A stretch of 62,969 nt of DNA, filler included, from Octopus bimaculoides (Eukaryota), in assembly GCF_001194135.2 (NCBI RefSeq). It is 6 parts of 6 records of this genome, joined end to end, with 100 filler letters (N's around TTAATTAATTAA, not from the genome) between each part and the next. Parts side by side here need not be neighbours in the genome. Positions count along the whole stretch, not along the records: positions 29,089 to 39,221 come from NC_068983.1; positions 39,322 to 59,895 come from NC_068982.1; 4 more parts are not named here. One strand, 5' to 3'. Below, piece after piece: positions 37,340 through 50,210 of this stretch (the stretch's first letter is position 1; every line of letters begins with the position of its first letter). Both the position numbers and the translations under genes were made by a program. The notes beneath the pieces were generated by a model. The model saw only the letters and a program-made list of their open reading frames with translations. It was not told the DNA's origin and did not search any database.

Positions 37340-38030
37340 TCTGGGTACATGACGTTGCAAAAAAACATAGACAAAATGATATACAAGGTACAAAAAACAA
37401 GCAAGCCACATAGAGAACATATCCTTCATCAGCTGCCACCATTAAAACACTGGCGTTTCGATGAGTTAGGGCAGGACGCATCGTTAAAATGGCTCTTCCC
37501 ACGAACACATTAAATTTTTTTCCTGGAGGATAGTGGCGGACGGAAAACACGACAGGAAAACGAAACGGTAAAATAAACAAACAAAAAGGCTGTACAGCCA
37601 GACGTGGAGAAGTGTGCGTATATTGAACGCTGTGAAGCACGAACTGAAGAGGCGAAGAAGTGCGTGCGAAGCTTAGGTGGTCAGAGACCGAAAAGAAATG
37701 GCAACTGGACACATGTGACCAGCGAGGGATAGGGAGAAAGAGTAGCAGAGGGAGAAGAAGGAGAGGAAGTAGAATATAAGTGAGCAACGAGAGGTAGAGA
37801 GGGCGAGATTGGAACACGGAAGCGATTAACGGGAAACGGCAAAGGACAAATAAATATGGAAATCCTCCCATCACCCATGGAGACCCGATTCAGTGTAGTC
37901 TCGGCGCGTTTAAGGCTCCATGGTGTTATTTCCCTGGTTGCTCCAGTGATATAGGGAATATCACTGAGGCGATGGACAAACAAGGAATAAAAAAAGTTAT
38001 AACTATTTGAATTAATACCTGGCATGGATT
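37340..38030 (-). mobile_element. Probable 3' portion of a Penelope-like element (pyrimidine-rich tract followed by a hammerhead-like terminus)
   Basis: Architecture resembles the other PLE ends in the window; no unambiguous protein motif. Confidence 0.4.
37416..37493 (-). ncRNA. Candidate non-circularly permuted hammerhead ribozyme
   Basis: Minus-strand order: GC-GUC-CUGCC, then AACUCAUC-GAAA-CGC, then GGCAG-CUGAUGA-AG-GAUAUGUU. Stems I (5/5) and III (4/4) are perfect; stem II is 6/8. Confidence 0.55.
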
Positions 38031-38727
38031 AACAACCCGACCATTTTTGATCTGGGTTTGATCTGGAGTAAGACTCATGTCTCAAGCCCTCGAGCCCTAA
38101 AACTTGTGAGATGGACAGGGCTAAACAACATTATAAGCCCCTGTACAAAACAATGCGTTGGGTCCTATAGAATTTATTTATTGACAGTAAACCAAACATA
38201 CATAGAACAGAATTGAGCCCATGGACCCGTGACCAACCCCACTACGGACAACTACCGAATATGTTTGTGCCTTAGACCAGCACTGGGCTAAGGTCCCTTC
38301 CGAAGAATTGAATTTTGACGGCTGTAGAGAAAGTTACATACATTTCGATGAACAATTACCAATTATTTCATATTAAACATTAGTATTATGCAATATTATA
38401 TCATAAATTCAGAGCCAGTTCACTTCTTCAGACATTTAATTCGATTCACAATCAACTTATAGATTGTAAATCAAATCACATGAGTTAATTGTAGCACTAA
38501 TAACCTGATCATCATAGCATTACCAGTTCTCACATTATATCGTTATTTCATTTAGCAAAAGAAACTTTGAAGTTGGGGCACGATCTAGAAATTTCTTACT
38601 AGACGTTTGTTGTAGGCTTTTGGCATTAATACAATTTAATGGCTACTGGTTGGGATGGAGGTAGTGTCATTGATGTCGTCGTCGTCATCGTCATTGTTGT
38701 TGTTGTTGTTGATGTTAATAACCCTTT

Positions 38728-38933
38728 CTATTTTAGGCACAAGGCCTGGAATTTGGAGGAGGAGGTTTGTCAATTATATCTACCTCAGTACTCAACTGGT
38801 ACTTAATTTATCGACCCCGAAAGGATGAAAGGCAAAGTCGACCTCGGCGGAATTCGAACTCAGAACGTAGCGACAAACGAAATACCGCTATGCATTTCGC
38901 TCGGCGTGGAAACGTTTCTGCCAGCTCGCCGCC

Positions 38934-39023
<90 letters not shown>

Positions 39024-39165
39024 GTTTCAAATTTTGCCACAAGGGCAGCACTTTTGCGGGAGGGAATGAGTCGGTTTCACTGGTACTTATTTTATCGACC
39101 CCGAAAGGATGAAAGGCAAAGTCGACCTCGGCTGAATTTGAACTCAGAACGTGGTAGTGGTGGTG
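38728..39165 (-). mobile_element. Two SINE family A copies separated by an (AAT)n array
   Basis: GATGAAAGGCAAAGTCGACCTCGGC at ~38823 and ~39108. Confidence 0.8.
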
Positions 39166-39321
39166 GTGGTAGTGGCGTCATCGTTGTTGTATCAATTCCA
39201 GGTTACAATCAGAAACATTCCNNNNNNNNNNNNNNNNNNNNNNNNNNNNNNNNNNNNNNNNNNNNTTAATTAATTAANNNNNNNNNNNNNNNNNNNNNNN
39301 NNNNNNNNNNNNNNNNNNNNN

Positions 39322-39651
39322 TAAAAGAAATGGAAAAACTTTCAAAATACAAAGACCTGGAAATAGAGATAACTCGAATGTGGAATCTAAAAACAGAAAC
39401 AATTCCTATCATAGTAGGTGCCTTAGGTATAATAAAAAAATATTCAGACAAATACATAACAAAAACACCAGGACTTACAAATATATATAGCATACAGAAA
39501 ATTGCACTACTGGGTACTGCACACATTCTACGCAAAACACTTTCAATACAGTAAACATAAGAGCACCACAGCAAACCACAGCACATACTCAAGGTGCACA
39601 GAGCTGCGCTCGGTAGTGAAGTGAAAGCACGTTATAAAAATAAAACTACTG
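39322..39651 (+). mobile_element. Dong/R4-clade LINE 3' end with (AAT)n tail
   Basis: ORF 39330-39554 is nearly identical to 12505-12729, about 5 nt differences in ~330. Confidence 0.85.
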
Positions 39652-41743
39652 AACAATAATAATAATAATAATAATAATAATGCCTTCATTTAGCACAGAA
39701 CAAATATGTATCCATCAGATCTAATATAGCTGCTAGTTGGTGAGATATATTTCCCTTGTGTGAATGGAACACTTATTTCTTGAATAGAAGACACATAGTC
39801 TACTCACAGATAAGAAATAATCTATTGTATATTCTTGAATGGATACAGTGTGTTTCCAGATCTTTGTTTAAAGTTTAATTTCATCCCTTGACAGAATTCA
39901 ATCTCATCAGCTTTGCCTTTCATTCTGTCCAAAGTTGATGAATTGGGCATTGGTGATATAACGGAGTTGATTTTACTCCAGACTTTGCAAAGTTGTGGCC
40001 TCGTGCCAATTTAAGGAATCAATAATGATGACAATAACAAGATGAAAAAATCAATAATAGTTCTGGTATTGTCTAACAACTGTAGTGTAATAACAACTTC
40101 GGTGATTACAATAACAACAAAGCAATTGTAGGAAGATCCATAGTAGACTGTATAATCAACAAGTTGTTTTGTACATCATTAAAAACTCATGACAATCCAG
40201 TTTAATAACCTTTTAGCAGTTTTATAAATATTATCAAAAAAGCCTTCCCTGTTATCTATAGTTAAACTAAAAAGCTATTGAACTGGTTATTAAGTGATTT
40301 TAATGATATCTTTTAATGACTAATGAGAGTAATGTTTACGGTTAGGTGAAGAATCAATTATGGTTTTGTTTATCACAATGTTCGTTTGGTTTACCAGCTT
40401 TTATAGATTTAAAAACCTTAAAAGCTTTTGTAAAGCAATACTCCCTGTTACCTCATTAAATACTCAATTTTGGTAAAAACAAAATGAATAAAAGAAAAGA
40501 TATTTATTAATACTTAAGTATCAGCTTAAGAGAAATTAGAAAGTAGAACTAAATGCAGATATGGGATCAGAAAACAATGGAAAATTTGTTGTGTTTTAGA
40601 AGAGGTCAGAATATGTTCTATTCCAGCTGAAGATGTATGTTTTTTTCAATTTTTCATCTTTTATGCTATAAAACTTTTTCTGAAATTCCATAAAATGTAT
40701 TTCAATATCGTTGACATAAAGAATTAGAATACTCTGAATGCATTATATTTCATCCTCCTTTTAATTTCCACTTTTCCATGCTTGCATAAGTCAAATAGAA
40801 TTTTATTGAGGTGGATTTTCTACAGTCAGATACCTTTCCTGTCACTTACCCTCACTTATTTCCAAGGTAGGTAATATTTCACTATAACAAGGCATGTTTT
40901 CACAGAAGACACCATTTGCATGGTTTGAAATACGTTTACAACTATCATGCAAGGAGACTACAATGTGCAGGCACGCGCGCACACACACACACACCCACAC
41001 ACACAATCACACACACGTATATATACAATAGGCATCTTTCAGGTTCTATCTGCCAAATCCACTAATAAGGCTTCACTCAGCTCAAGGCTATAGCAGAAGA
41101 CACTTGCCCTAGGTGATATGCCTGATCTATCTATATATATATTTGTATTTTCTTTTCTCTCCTATTTGTTATCATTAGTTATTGTCATCGACTGAGTAGA
41201 ATTCTTCTATTGATAATGCTGTATGTAAACGACTTCTCTCAATATACAGAGTTAAAGTTTTATAGTATGACTGTTTCAGTAACACCCGTTGATCTCTGTG
41301 GAAAAATCTTTTACTTATAACTATTAGAACTTAGATTAGTTTAAGTTGCATCTGACAGGAATTAAGTACAGTCTAAATTCAGCAGATGGCAATATAATGA
41401 ACATGAAGTTAATAAGACTGTCAGATCTATACTTATCTCATCAAGTACGCCCTTCTTTAGCATGAAACATCAGCTAAATCTCTCTCCCTCTCTATATATA
41501 CATATATTATATATGTGTGTGTGTGTTTGTGTCTGTGTATATATATATATGTATGTATATATGCATGTATGTATATATATGTATGTATATATGCATGCAT
41601 GTATGTATATATGTATGTATGTATGTGTGAATGTATGTCTATATGTATTTGTGTGTGTGTATATATATATATACATACATATATATATCTGTCTATCTAT
41701 TTATCCATCCATCCATCCATCCATCCATCCATCCATCCATCCA

Positions 41744-41777
<34 letters not shown>

Positions 41778-41780
<3 letters not shown>

Positions 41781-42615
41781 GGTGCTAAGATATTTGAGGA
41801 CAGATTTATATTTATAAAAAACAGATATATAGTAACAGATAATAACTTTATTAAAACATGCTATGAGGATAAAAATAAACCTTCTTTTCTATATTGTTAT
41901 TCAATAAAGCCACCTTCAGCTTCAACAACAGCTTCTATATGAGATCTAAATCATCTACATGCTCGAATCAAGTGGTCCTGGTTCATTTTGGACATTACTC
42001 TGACTATGGCAGTTTCCAAAGAATCTTTGGTACTATGTGTGTGTTCAGTGACCTCTCTCAACAACACTCCACATGAAATCGTTTAATGGATTGAGATCTG
42101 AGGAATTAGGAGGCCAAATGTTAGGGGTTACGTGATCATGAAAAATTTCAGCCATCCATTTCTGTGTTACCAGAGCCATGTGTGATAGTGCAGAGTCTTA
42201 CTGAAACAAATATGGCCTTCCATTGCATACACTGTCTTAACAATTATTTCCAGGACCTCAATGTAGGTGGATGAATTAACTCTAAGGCCTTGTGGAAAGA
42301 AGTAAGGAGGCATCACATGTCCTTCATTGCTGACAACCTCTAAAGCAATGACAATTTCAGGAAATTTTGTATGCATAATACTTGGAACTTCAGAAGGGTC
42401 TACATATAACCATCTGTCATTTCTTCTGTTAACATTTTGATCTTGGTCGAAGTTTTTCTCGTTTGAGAAAAACCAAATCAAATCTGATGGATTTTTCAGT
42501 TTGTTTAAGAGCCTTTTAGATCTGATGTAGTGATTTTCTTTTGCCTTTTTGACAAGTTGACCTTTCCTCATCATATAAGACTTATATCTGATGTCTTTGT
42601 GGACAACATTTCTGA
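41778..42615 (-). mobile_element. Defective Tc1/mariner transposon of the DD37D (maT) type, 5' part lost
   Basis: WFFSNEKNF, RRNDRW, HTKFP, VVSNEGHVMPP, then frameshifted GRPYLFQ*DSA..H and WPPNSSDLNPLN. 37 residues separate the second and third catalytic positions. Stop at 41897; terminus TA|CAGGGTG at 41776-41784 in (TA)n. Confidence 0.85.
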
Positions 42616-43054
42616 GTTCTTTTTCTTATTCTTTGTAAGCCTAGTACTTATTCTATCGGTCCCTCTTGCCAAACAGCTAAGTGACGGGGATGTAAACACA
42701 CCAGCATTGGTTGTCAAGTGATGTTGGGATGTCTAGGAGAGGGAAACTCTGAGAGAAAACCTGCGACACTGACAATATTCAATGAAGTAGACTTCTTTTC
42801 TAGTTTATGTTGTCTGTGTTCAAAGAGTGGGATTGAATTTGTGCAAATACTTTTTCCACTATAAAAAATTCATCATGCACAGGCATTGCTTGAAAAAGAA
42901 CTAAGGCCTATTACAAAAATGGCTGGTTGTAGCCTTCGCAAGTGTGAGACTTTTGATAAGGCAAAATCAATACTTGAACACAAGTTTGCAGCCATCATAT
43001 ATGTATGTATGTTTGGATGTACATATGTACGTATGTACATATGTAAATATGCAC

Positions 43055-43085
<31 letters not shown>

Positions 43086-43412
43086 TGTATGTGTGTATGT
43101 ATGTATGTATGTATGTATGTATGTATGTGTGTATGTATATATGTATGTATGTGTGTATGTATCATCATCATCATTGTTTAATGTCCGCTTTCCATGCTGG
43201 CATGGGTTGGNNNNNNNNNNTGTGTGTATGTATCATCATCATCATTGTTTAATGTCCGCTTTCCATGCTGGCATGGGTTGGACGGTTTGACTGAGGACTG
43301 TTGAGCCAGAGGCTGCACCAAGTTCAATCTGATCTGGCAAAGTTTCTACAGCTGGATGCCCTTCCTAACGCCAGCCACTCCAAGAGTATAGTGGATGTAG
43401 TATGCATGTATG

Positions 43413-43446
<34 letters not shown>

Positions 43447-44037
43447 TGTATGTATGCATGTACTATAGAGCAAGCAGAACATCATCCCGGGAACAATTCA
43501 TGGGAATGCTAGATGCATTTCACTCTTGTTGGGGCTTATCAATGATATGTACTATGTAGGTGCATGCCTAGATGAAATCTGTCACCTTCAATATTGAGCA
43601 AATAGGGAATAATATATTCATGGAGTTGTGTATGGGTAAATTTATTTTAGCCTAGCAAGCTTTCTGCATCATCATCATCATCATCATCATTGAAAACGGA
43701 CATTAAACGATGATGATGATGATGATGATTGCAGAAAGTTTGCCAGGCTAAAATAAATTCACCCACACACAACTGAAACAGCACTGAATTATAAATATCA
43801 TCTGTCTTACATAAATAATGTACATACACCATTGACAGGCATGATGCTGAGAGACAAGTTGTGTTAAAAGCATCATATGCTGAGCAAGATGGCTGTCTCA
43901 ACATTGACTCACAGGAATATGAGAGACATTTCACCTTTCTTAAGCCTCTCAACTAGACATGATTGCAGCTTTTTCCAAAGCTAACAGAAGACACTCACAT
44001 ACACACACACACATGTACGTGTGTGCATGCACGCAAT

Positions 44038-44068
<31 letters not shown>

Positions 44069-45588
44069 GCAGACACACACATTTTCACACACAAACATGC
44101 AGTCATGTACATGTATATGCATGTATACACATCCATACATACATATACATACATATACTCTTTTACTCTTTTACTCTTTTACTTGTTTCAATCATTTGAC
44201 TGTGGCCATGCTGGAGCACCGCCTTTAGTCAAGCAAATCAACCCCAGGACTTATTCTATGTAAGCCTAGTACTTATTCTATTGNNNNNNNNNNNNNNNNN
44301 NNNNNNNNNNNNNNNNNNNNNNNNNNNNNNNNNNNNNNNNNNNNNNNNNNNNNNNNNNNNNNNNNNNNNNNNNNNNNNNNNNNNNNNNNNNNNNNNNNNN
44401 NNNNNNNNNNNNNNNNNNNNNNNNNNNNNNNNNNNNNNNNNNNNNNNNNNNNNNNNNNNNNNNNNNNNNNNNNNNNNNNNNNNNNNNNNNNNNNNNNNNN
44501 NNNNNNNNNNNNNNNNNNNNNNNNNNNNNNNNNNNNNNNNNNNNNNNNNNNNNNNNNNNNNNNNNNNNNNNNNNNNNNNNNNNNNNNNNNNNNNNNNNNN
44601 NNNNNNNNNNNNNNNNNNNNNNNNNNNNNNNNNNNNNNNNNNNNNNNNNNNNNNNNNNNNNNNNNNNNNNNNNNNNNNNNNNNNNNNNNNNNNNNNNNNN
44701 NNNNNNNNNNNNNNNNNNNNNNNNNNNATATGTGTGTGTGTGTATCTATATATATATATATGTCAGTCAAACCATTCAATCCATGCCAGCATGGAAAGCA
44801 GGCATTAAACAATGACGACGATGATGATGATGATGATGATGATGATTATGATGATCAAGCCTGGTCTTTCTTTCTTGGCCGGCTGTTGTCCGTGCAGCAT
44901 CGATATTCCTCCCTGTGCTTGTGAAATCTTGTATCCCTGCCGTAAGGCTTTATTTCCATACATGCCAGATTAATTTATTTCGTCCTTAGTCAAAAGACAC
45001 CTGTTGTCATGTCCTCTTATTATTTTTATTGTATTTGTGTAACATTGTCTGTTTTTTTTCCGTCCTTGTTTTTGTATACATTTGCTGCTTTCTTCCAAGG
45101 AATCTAATGCTCTTAGCTTAGTTTTTCCTTGGGGCTGGCCAGATTAGAGCAATCTCAAGTATAATCAGCTGAAATTGCGAAGATAATCTGGTACTTGGCT
45201 GAGGAAAGAAAACTTCAAATGACCTGTCCTTGTTTTCTTTGTATTGTCTATCTGGATGTTTTGTTGTCCCATTTTTGTATCACCTAACTGTTCGGATGTT
45301 TTGCATTCTTGTCCCATTTTGTATATCATCATCTCATCATCATCTTCGTTTAACATCTGCTTNNNNNNNNNNNNNNNNNNNNNNNNNNNNNNNNNNNNNN
45401 NNNNNNNNNNNNNNNNNNNNNNNNNNNNNNNNNNNNNNNNNNNNNNNNNNNNNNNNNNNNNNNNNNNNNNNNNNNNNNNNNNNNNNNNNNNNNNNNNNNN
45501 NNNNNNNNNNNNNNNNNNNNNNNNNCTACACCAGGCTCCAATCTGATTTGGCAGAGTTTCTACAGCTGGATGCCCTTCCTAACGCCAA

Positions 45589-45624
<36 letters not shown>

Positions 45625-45859
45625 TTCCATGTAGTTTCCATCTACCAAATTCATTCACAAGGCATTGGTCAATCTTGGCAACAGGAGAAGATTCTTGCCC
45701 AAAGTGTTACAGAGTGGGACTGATCTTGAATCCACATGGGCACAAAGTGAGCTTTTTAACCACATATACATACATACAAATACATACTAGCAAATATATG
45801 AGGTCTATACGTTAAGTATATGTGGTTAATAATATATATAGAAATGTATACATGTGTGT

Positions 45860-45894
<35 letters not shown>

Positions 45895-46009
45895 GATAAA
45901 GGTTTTTTCATACTGAGCTACCCGGCAAAATTGCTAATTATTAATTTTATTACTAATTGACGATTCCCTGCCTTATATATCGATATATATATATATTTAT
46001 ATATATCAT

Positions 46010-46812
46010 CATCATCATCAGCCTCATCGTCGTCGTCGTCGTAGTTTAATGTCTGCTTTCCATGTTAGTATGGGTTGGACGATTTGACTGAGGGCTAGTG
46101 AGCCAGAAGGCTGCACGAGATTCCAATCTAATCTGGCAAAGTTTCTACAGCTGGACGCCCTTACTAATGCCAACCACTCCAAGAGTGTAGTGGGTGCTTT
46201 TTACGTGCCACCAGCAAAGGAGCTAGTTAGGCAACACTGGCAATGACCATACTTGAATGGTGCTTTTTGTGCCACTGGCACAGAAGCCAATCAGGCAGTA
46301 CTGGCATCGTCCACGACAATAACATCACTTGCCTCTACAGGTTGTCGCAAGTGCAGTTTATTGCCCACTTATTGAAGGGTACTCTTAAATGGGCAAATTA
46401 TGCTACACTGGCACAGGCCACAGTTATGGTCATACTTGTTTTGCTGGGTCTTCTCAAGTACAGCATATTTCCAAAGGTCTTGGTCACTTGTCATTGCCTC
46501 GGTGAGGCCCAACGTTCAAAGGTCATGCTTCACCACCTCATTCCAGGTCTTCCTGATTCTACATCTTCCACAGGTTCCTCTATTGCAAGCGCGAGACACT
46601 TTTTCACACAACTGTCCTCATCCATTCACAACACTTGACCATACTAAAGCAGTCGTCTCTCTTGCATACCACATCTGATGCTTTCTTAAGTTTAACTTTT
46701 CTCTCAGGGTGCTTACACTCTGATGCACATTGAAATTACACATCCAATGGAGAATACTGGCTTCATTCCTTGCAAGAGTATGCATGTCCTCAGCAGTCAT
46801 GGCCCATGTTCC
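46010..46812 (-). mobile_element. 5'-truncated RTE-clade LINE: ORF C-terminus, 3' UTR and tail
   Basis: LARNEASILHWMC, LREKL, frameshifted ERRL.W...V, RMDEDSCVKKC, RKTWNEVVKHDL, LTEAMTSDQDLW. Confidence 0.85.
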
Positions 46813-47663
46813 TATATATACATATATGGCTGTGTGGTAAGTAGCTTGTTTACCAGCCACATGGTTCTGGGTTCATCCCCACTGCGTGGCACCTTGAGCA
46901 AGTGTCTTCTACTATAGTTTCAGGTTGACCAATGCCTTGTGAGTGGATTTGGTAGACAGAAACTGAAGGAAGTCCGTNNNNNNNNNNNNNNNNNNNNNNN
47001 NNNNNNNNNNNNNNNNNNNNNNNNNNNNNNNNNNNNNNNNNNNNNNNNNNNNNNNNNNNNNNNNNNNNNNNNNNNNNNNNNNNNNNNNNNNNNNNNNNNN
47101 NNNNNNNNNNNNNNNNNNNNNNNNNNNNNNNNNNNNNNNNNNNNNNNNNNNNNNNNNNNNNNNNNNNNNNNNNNNNNNNNNNNNNNNNNNNNNNNNNNNN
47201 NNNNNNNNNNNNNNNNNNNNNNNNNNNNNNNNNNNNNNNNNNNNNNNNNNNNNNNNNNNNNNNNNNNNNNNNNNNNNNNNNNNNNNNNNNNNNNNNNNNN
47301 NNNNNNNNNNTGGTGCTCCAGCATGGCCGCAGTCAAATGACTGAAACAAGTAAAAGAGTATATAATATGTATGTTTAATGATGCACACAGAATACTCTGT
47401 AAAGTGGCTGGTGTTATGAAAGGTATCCAGCTGTAGAAGCCATACCAAGACAACAGACAATTGGAACCTTGTGCAGCTCTTCAGCTAACCAGTTCCTGTC
47501 AAACAACTCAACCCATGCCAGCAGGAAAAAATAGATGTTAAATGATGATAATGACGATGACAACGACGATGATGATGATGTTGCTGGCAGAATACATGGT
47601 TTTTGTGATTCTTTTCAAATAGCCTCAGACTTTTCTTCACTGATTTTTATAAAACTTCAATAC

Positions 47664-47703
47664 CTGACTGATGTTTTATTTGACAGCCAGTCTGCATTGT
47701 TAC
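47664..47703 (-). other. Possible 40 nt exon or recursive splice site of an unidentified minus-strand gene
   Basis: CCTTTTTCTTTTTCAG|GTAACA...TCAG|GTATTG on the minus strand; product not recognised. Confidence 0.25.
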
Positions 47704-48539
47704 CTGAAAAAGAAAAAGGATCCTGGCATCCCTTTGATCTTACCAACAAACTACAATCAGTAACATATGCATGTTGGGCTTAATACTGTGTCTGTTTATA
47801 GTCATTCCAGTATCTATCTCTAAGCTCCTATTCCAGTGTGCTAATTAGGTTTCAGTTAAAGATATTTAAATACATCAATTTTCTGAGTTTTAAAAAAATT
47901 ATTGTTTTTAAAATTTTCTCTCTAGTTCTTTGTTAAATACTTTGCACAGTGATGAAATAGCTTTTAATACCCTAGGAATATTAATGGCGCATTATTTTTA
48001 TTACACTCATTCTTTTAAGTGGATTTAAAATTAATTTTCATTATCAAGTTTTGTTCTTTGAGCTTTGTTTTCTTTTTTTTTTCTTTTTTACAACTCAAAC
48101 TGCTTGTGGCAGATTATGAGATTTTTACAGTTCTTTTTGCTACCCTTTGGTAACTGATTTATACAAGACTTCATTTACATTTTATTTGAGCACCAGTTTG
48201 TATTCCCTCTTGATGAAAAATCCTGCTAATTTTTTGTGTTACCAGAATAATTTTAGAAACGCACGCATAACAGGACTATTATTATGTTTCCTTATAAGGT
48301 GGCAAGCTGACAGAATTGTTAGTATGCAGTATGAAATGCTTTGTGTTCTGATTTTAAATTCCATCAAGGTTGATTTTTGCTGTTTATCCTTTCAAGGGCA
48401 ATGAAATAAATAACAGTGAAGCACTGGGGTTGATATAATCAACTAGTCCCCTCCCTTTAAGTATTTCAGGCCTTCTGCCTATAGCAGAATGGATTCATAT
48501 ATTTGCTTATATATTATATGTTTTAAAATATATGAGTCT

Positions 48540-48960
48540 AAAGGTGGTGAGCTGGCAGAAACGTTGGCACGCCGGGCGAACTGCTTAGCAATATTTCGCC
48601 ATTATGTTCTGAGTTCAAATTCCGCCCAGGTCGACTTTGTCTTTCATCCTTTCGGGGTCGATAAATTACTACCAGTTATGCACTGGGGTCAATGTAATCG
48701 ACTTAATACCTTTGTCTGTCCTTGTTTGTTCTTTCTATGTTTAGCCCCCTGTGAGCAATAAAGAAATAAGAAATGTTAGCATGCTGGGCGAAATGTTTAT
48801 GGGTATTTCATCTGTTTTTACATTCTGAGTTCAAATTCTGCCGAGGTCGATTTATCCTTTCAAGGTCGATAAATTAAATACCAGTTGCATACTGGGGCTG
48901 ATCTAATCGAACAGACCCCTCCTCCCAAATTTCAGGCCTTGTGCTTAGAGTAGAAAAGAA
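48540..48960 (+). mobile_element. Two joined SINE family A units (first CpG-rich, second CpG-decayed)
   Basis: Same AAAGAAATAAGAAA|(C/T)GTTAGCA junction as at 34405-34430. Confidence 0.85.
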
Positions 48961-49374
48961 TATATATGAGTCTAAATTCTTATTTTAGTGTATTAATTAG
49001 ATGTGCGAATATATCAATAATTTGAATTTTTGAAAATTATGATTTTTTTAAAAAAACTTCTCATCAACTTCTTTGCTAAATCTTCCACACAATGAAATGT
49101 TTACTACCACCCTAAGAAATTTTAACTCTTTTTTATTTCTTTTCTATCATACTTGTTACTGTAAGTTGATTTTTTTATTATCATACTTGTTATTGTAATC
49201 TGATTTTTTATTATCATTTATATTTCATTATAAATTTCTGTAATTTGTTTTCTTTTTGTAAAGACATCATTGTCATCCTTACCAAATAAGACTGCACCGA
49301 ACTTTCTGGAGAAAACCTTTTAAATATATTTGAACACTTTTGTTGTTCAAAGGTAAAAGAGGCAAAACCCTTTC

Positions 49375-49630
49375 ATCATCATCATCATCATCATCCATCG
49401 TTTAACGTCCGCTTTCCATGCTAGCATGGGTTGGACGATTTGACTGAGGACTGGTGAAACCAGATCGCTACACCAGGCTCCAATCTGATTTGGCAGAGTT
49501 TCTACAGCTGGATGCCCTTCCTAACATCAACCACTCAGAGAGTGTAGTGGGTGCTTTTTACGTGCCACCGGCACGAAGGCCAGTCAGGCGGTACTGGCAA
49601 CGGCCACGCTCAAAATGGTGTATTTTATGT
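49375..49630 (-). mobile_element. RTE 3' UTR fragment (further copies near 43160, 43670, 44764, 45340, 47450, 52590, 55410, 56720)
   Basis: CATCATCGTTTAACGTCCGCTTTCCATGCTAGCATGGGTTGGACG... Confidence 0.8.
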
Positions 49631-49667
49631 GCTTTTCATACATAGAATTCAGAATACTAAACTTTAA

Positions 49668-50210
49668 ATAATAATAATAATGAAATTATTGTATACAGTT
49701 CTCAGGTGCACTACAACTTGTCAAAAGTGTGCATAAAGCATATGCAGCATTGTACAAATGTCTGGAAAGTGAACAGTGTATGAGTCAGATACATGCTTGC
49801 GGGTGTATGGAGGGGAGAAAATCAGGTGTAGTGTTGACGAATCTCAGGAAGCATGGAAGCTTTGAAGGATACAGTGCTCCGACAACTAACAACTGATGCC
49901 AGCAGTTTGTTCCATACTTCAGTAACTCTTAGTGTGAAAAAGTGTTTCCAAAAGTCATGGGAGCTGTGCTGTTTTCTGACTTTGTAAACATGTCCATAGG
50001 TGTTAGACAGGTGGAATTTGAAAAGGTGCTCAGAGTTATTGTTAGTAAGATGGTTAATAATTTTATGGGTGTCTGCTAAGTCAGCTGCCAGATGTCGGAG
50101 TTTCAATGTATCCATACCCAGGGAAGTAAGACGTTCAGAATATGGCAAATGCCTGATGGAGGGTATTCTCTTGGTTGCACATTGCTGAACGGTTTCCAGA
50201 CGATTAGAAT
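49668..50210 (-). mobile_element. CR1-like LINE 3' end (ORF2 C-terminus)
   Basis: PYSERLTSLG..TLKLR...DL..THKI...GH.YKVRK...KHFFTLRVTEVWNKL..SVV...S..SFK; (ATT)n tail. Confidence 0.8.

Noticed and set aside
37001-37340. ~75 bp direct repeat (37001-37076 and 37264-37339) as LTRs
   Set aside because: Low-complexity TA/CA-rich sequence without TG...CA ends or a primer binding site; more likely a local duplication.
39808-39861. Possible minus-strand exon ending at a GTGAGT donor
   Set aside because: Weak acceptor and unrecognised translation; insufficient evidence.
43160-43270. Direct duplication of an RTE tail
   Set aside because: The two copies flank a 10-N gap; unmerged contig overlap.
49441-49470. 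CTGAGGA...GAAA in RTE 3' UTRs as a hammerhead
   Set aside because: GAAA is the loop of the CTGG/CCAG hairpin, absent from most copies, and stems I and III are missing.
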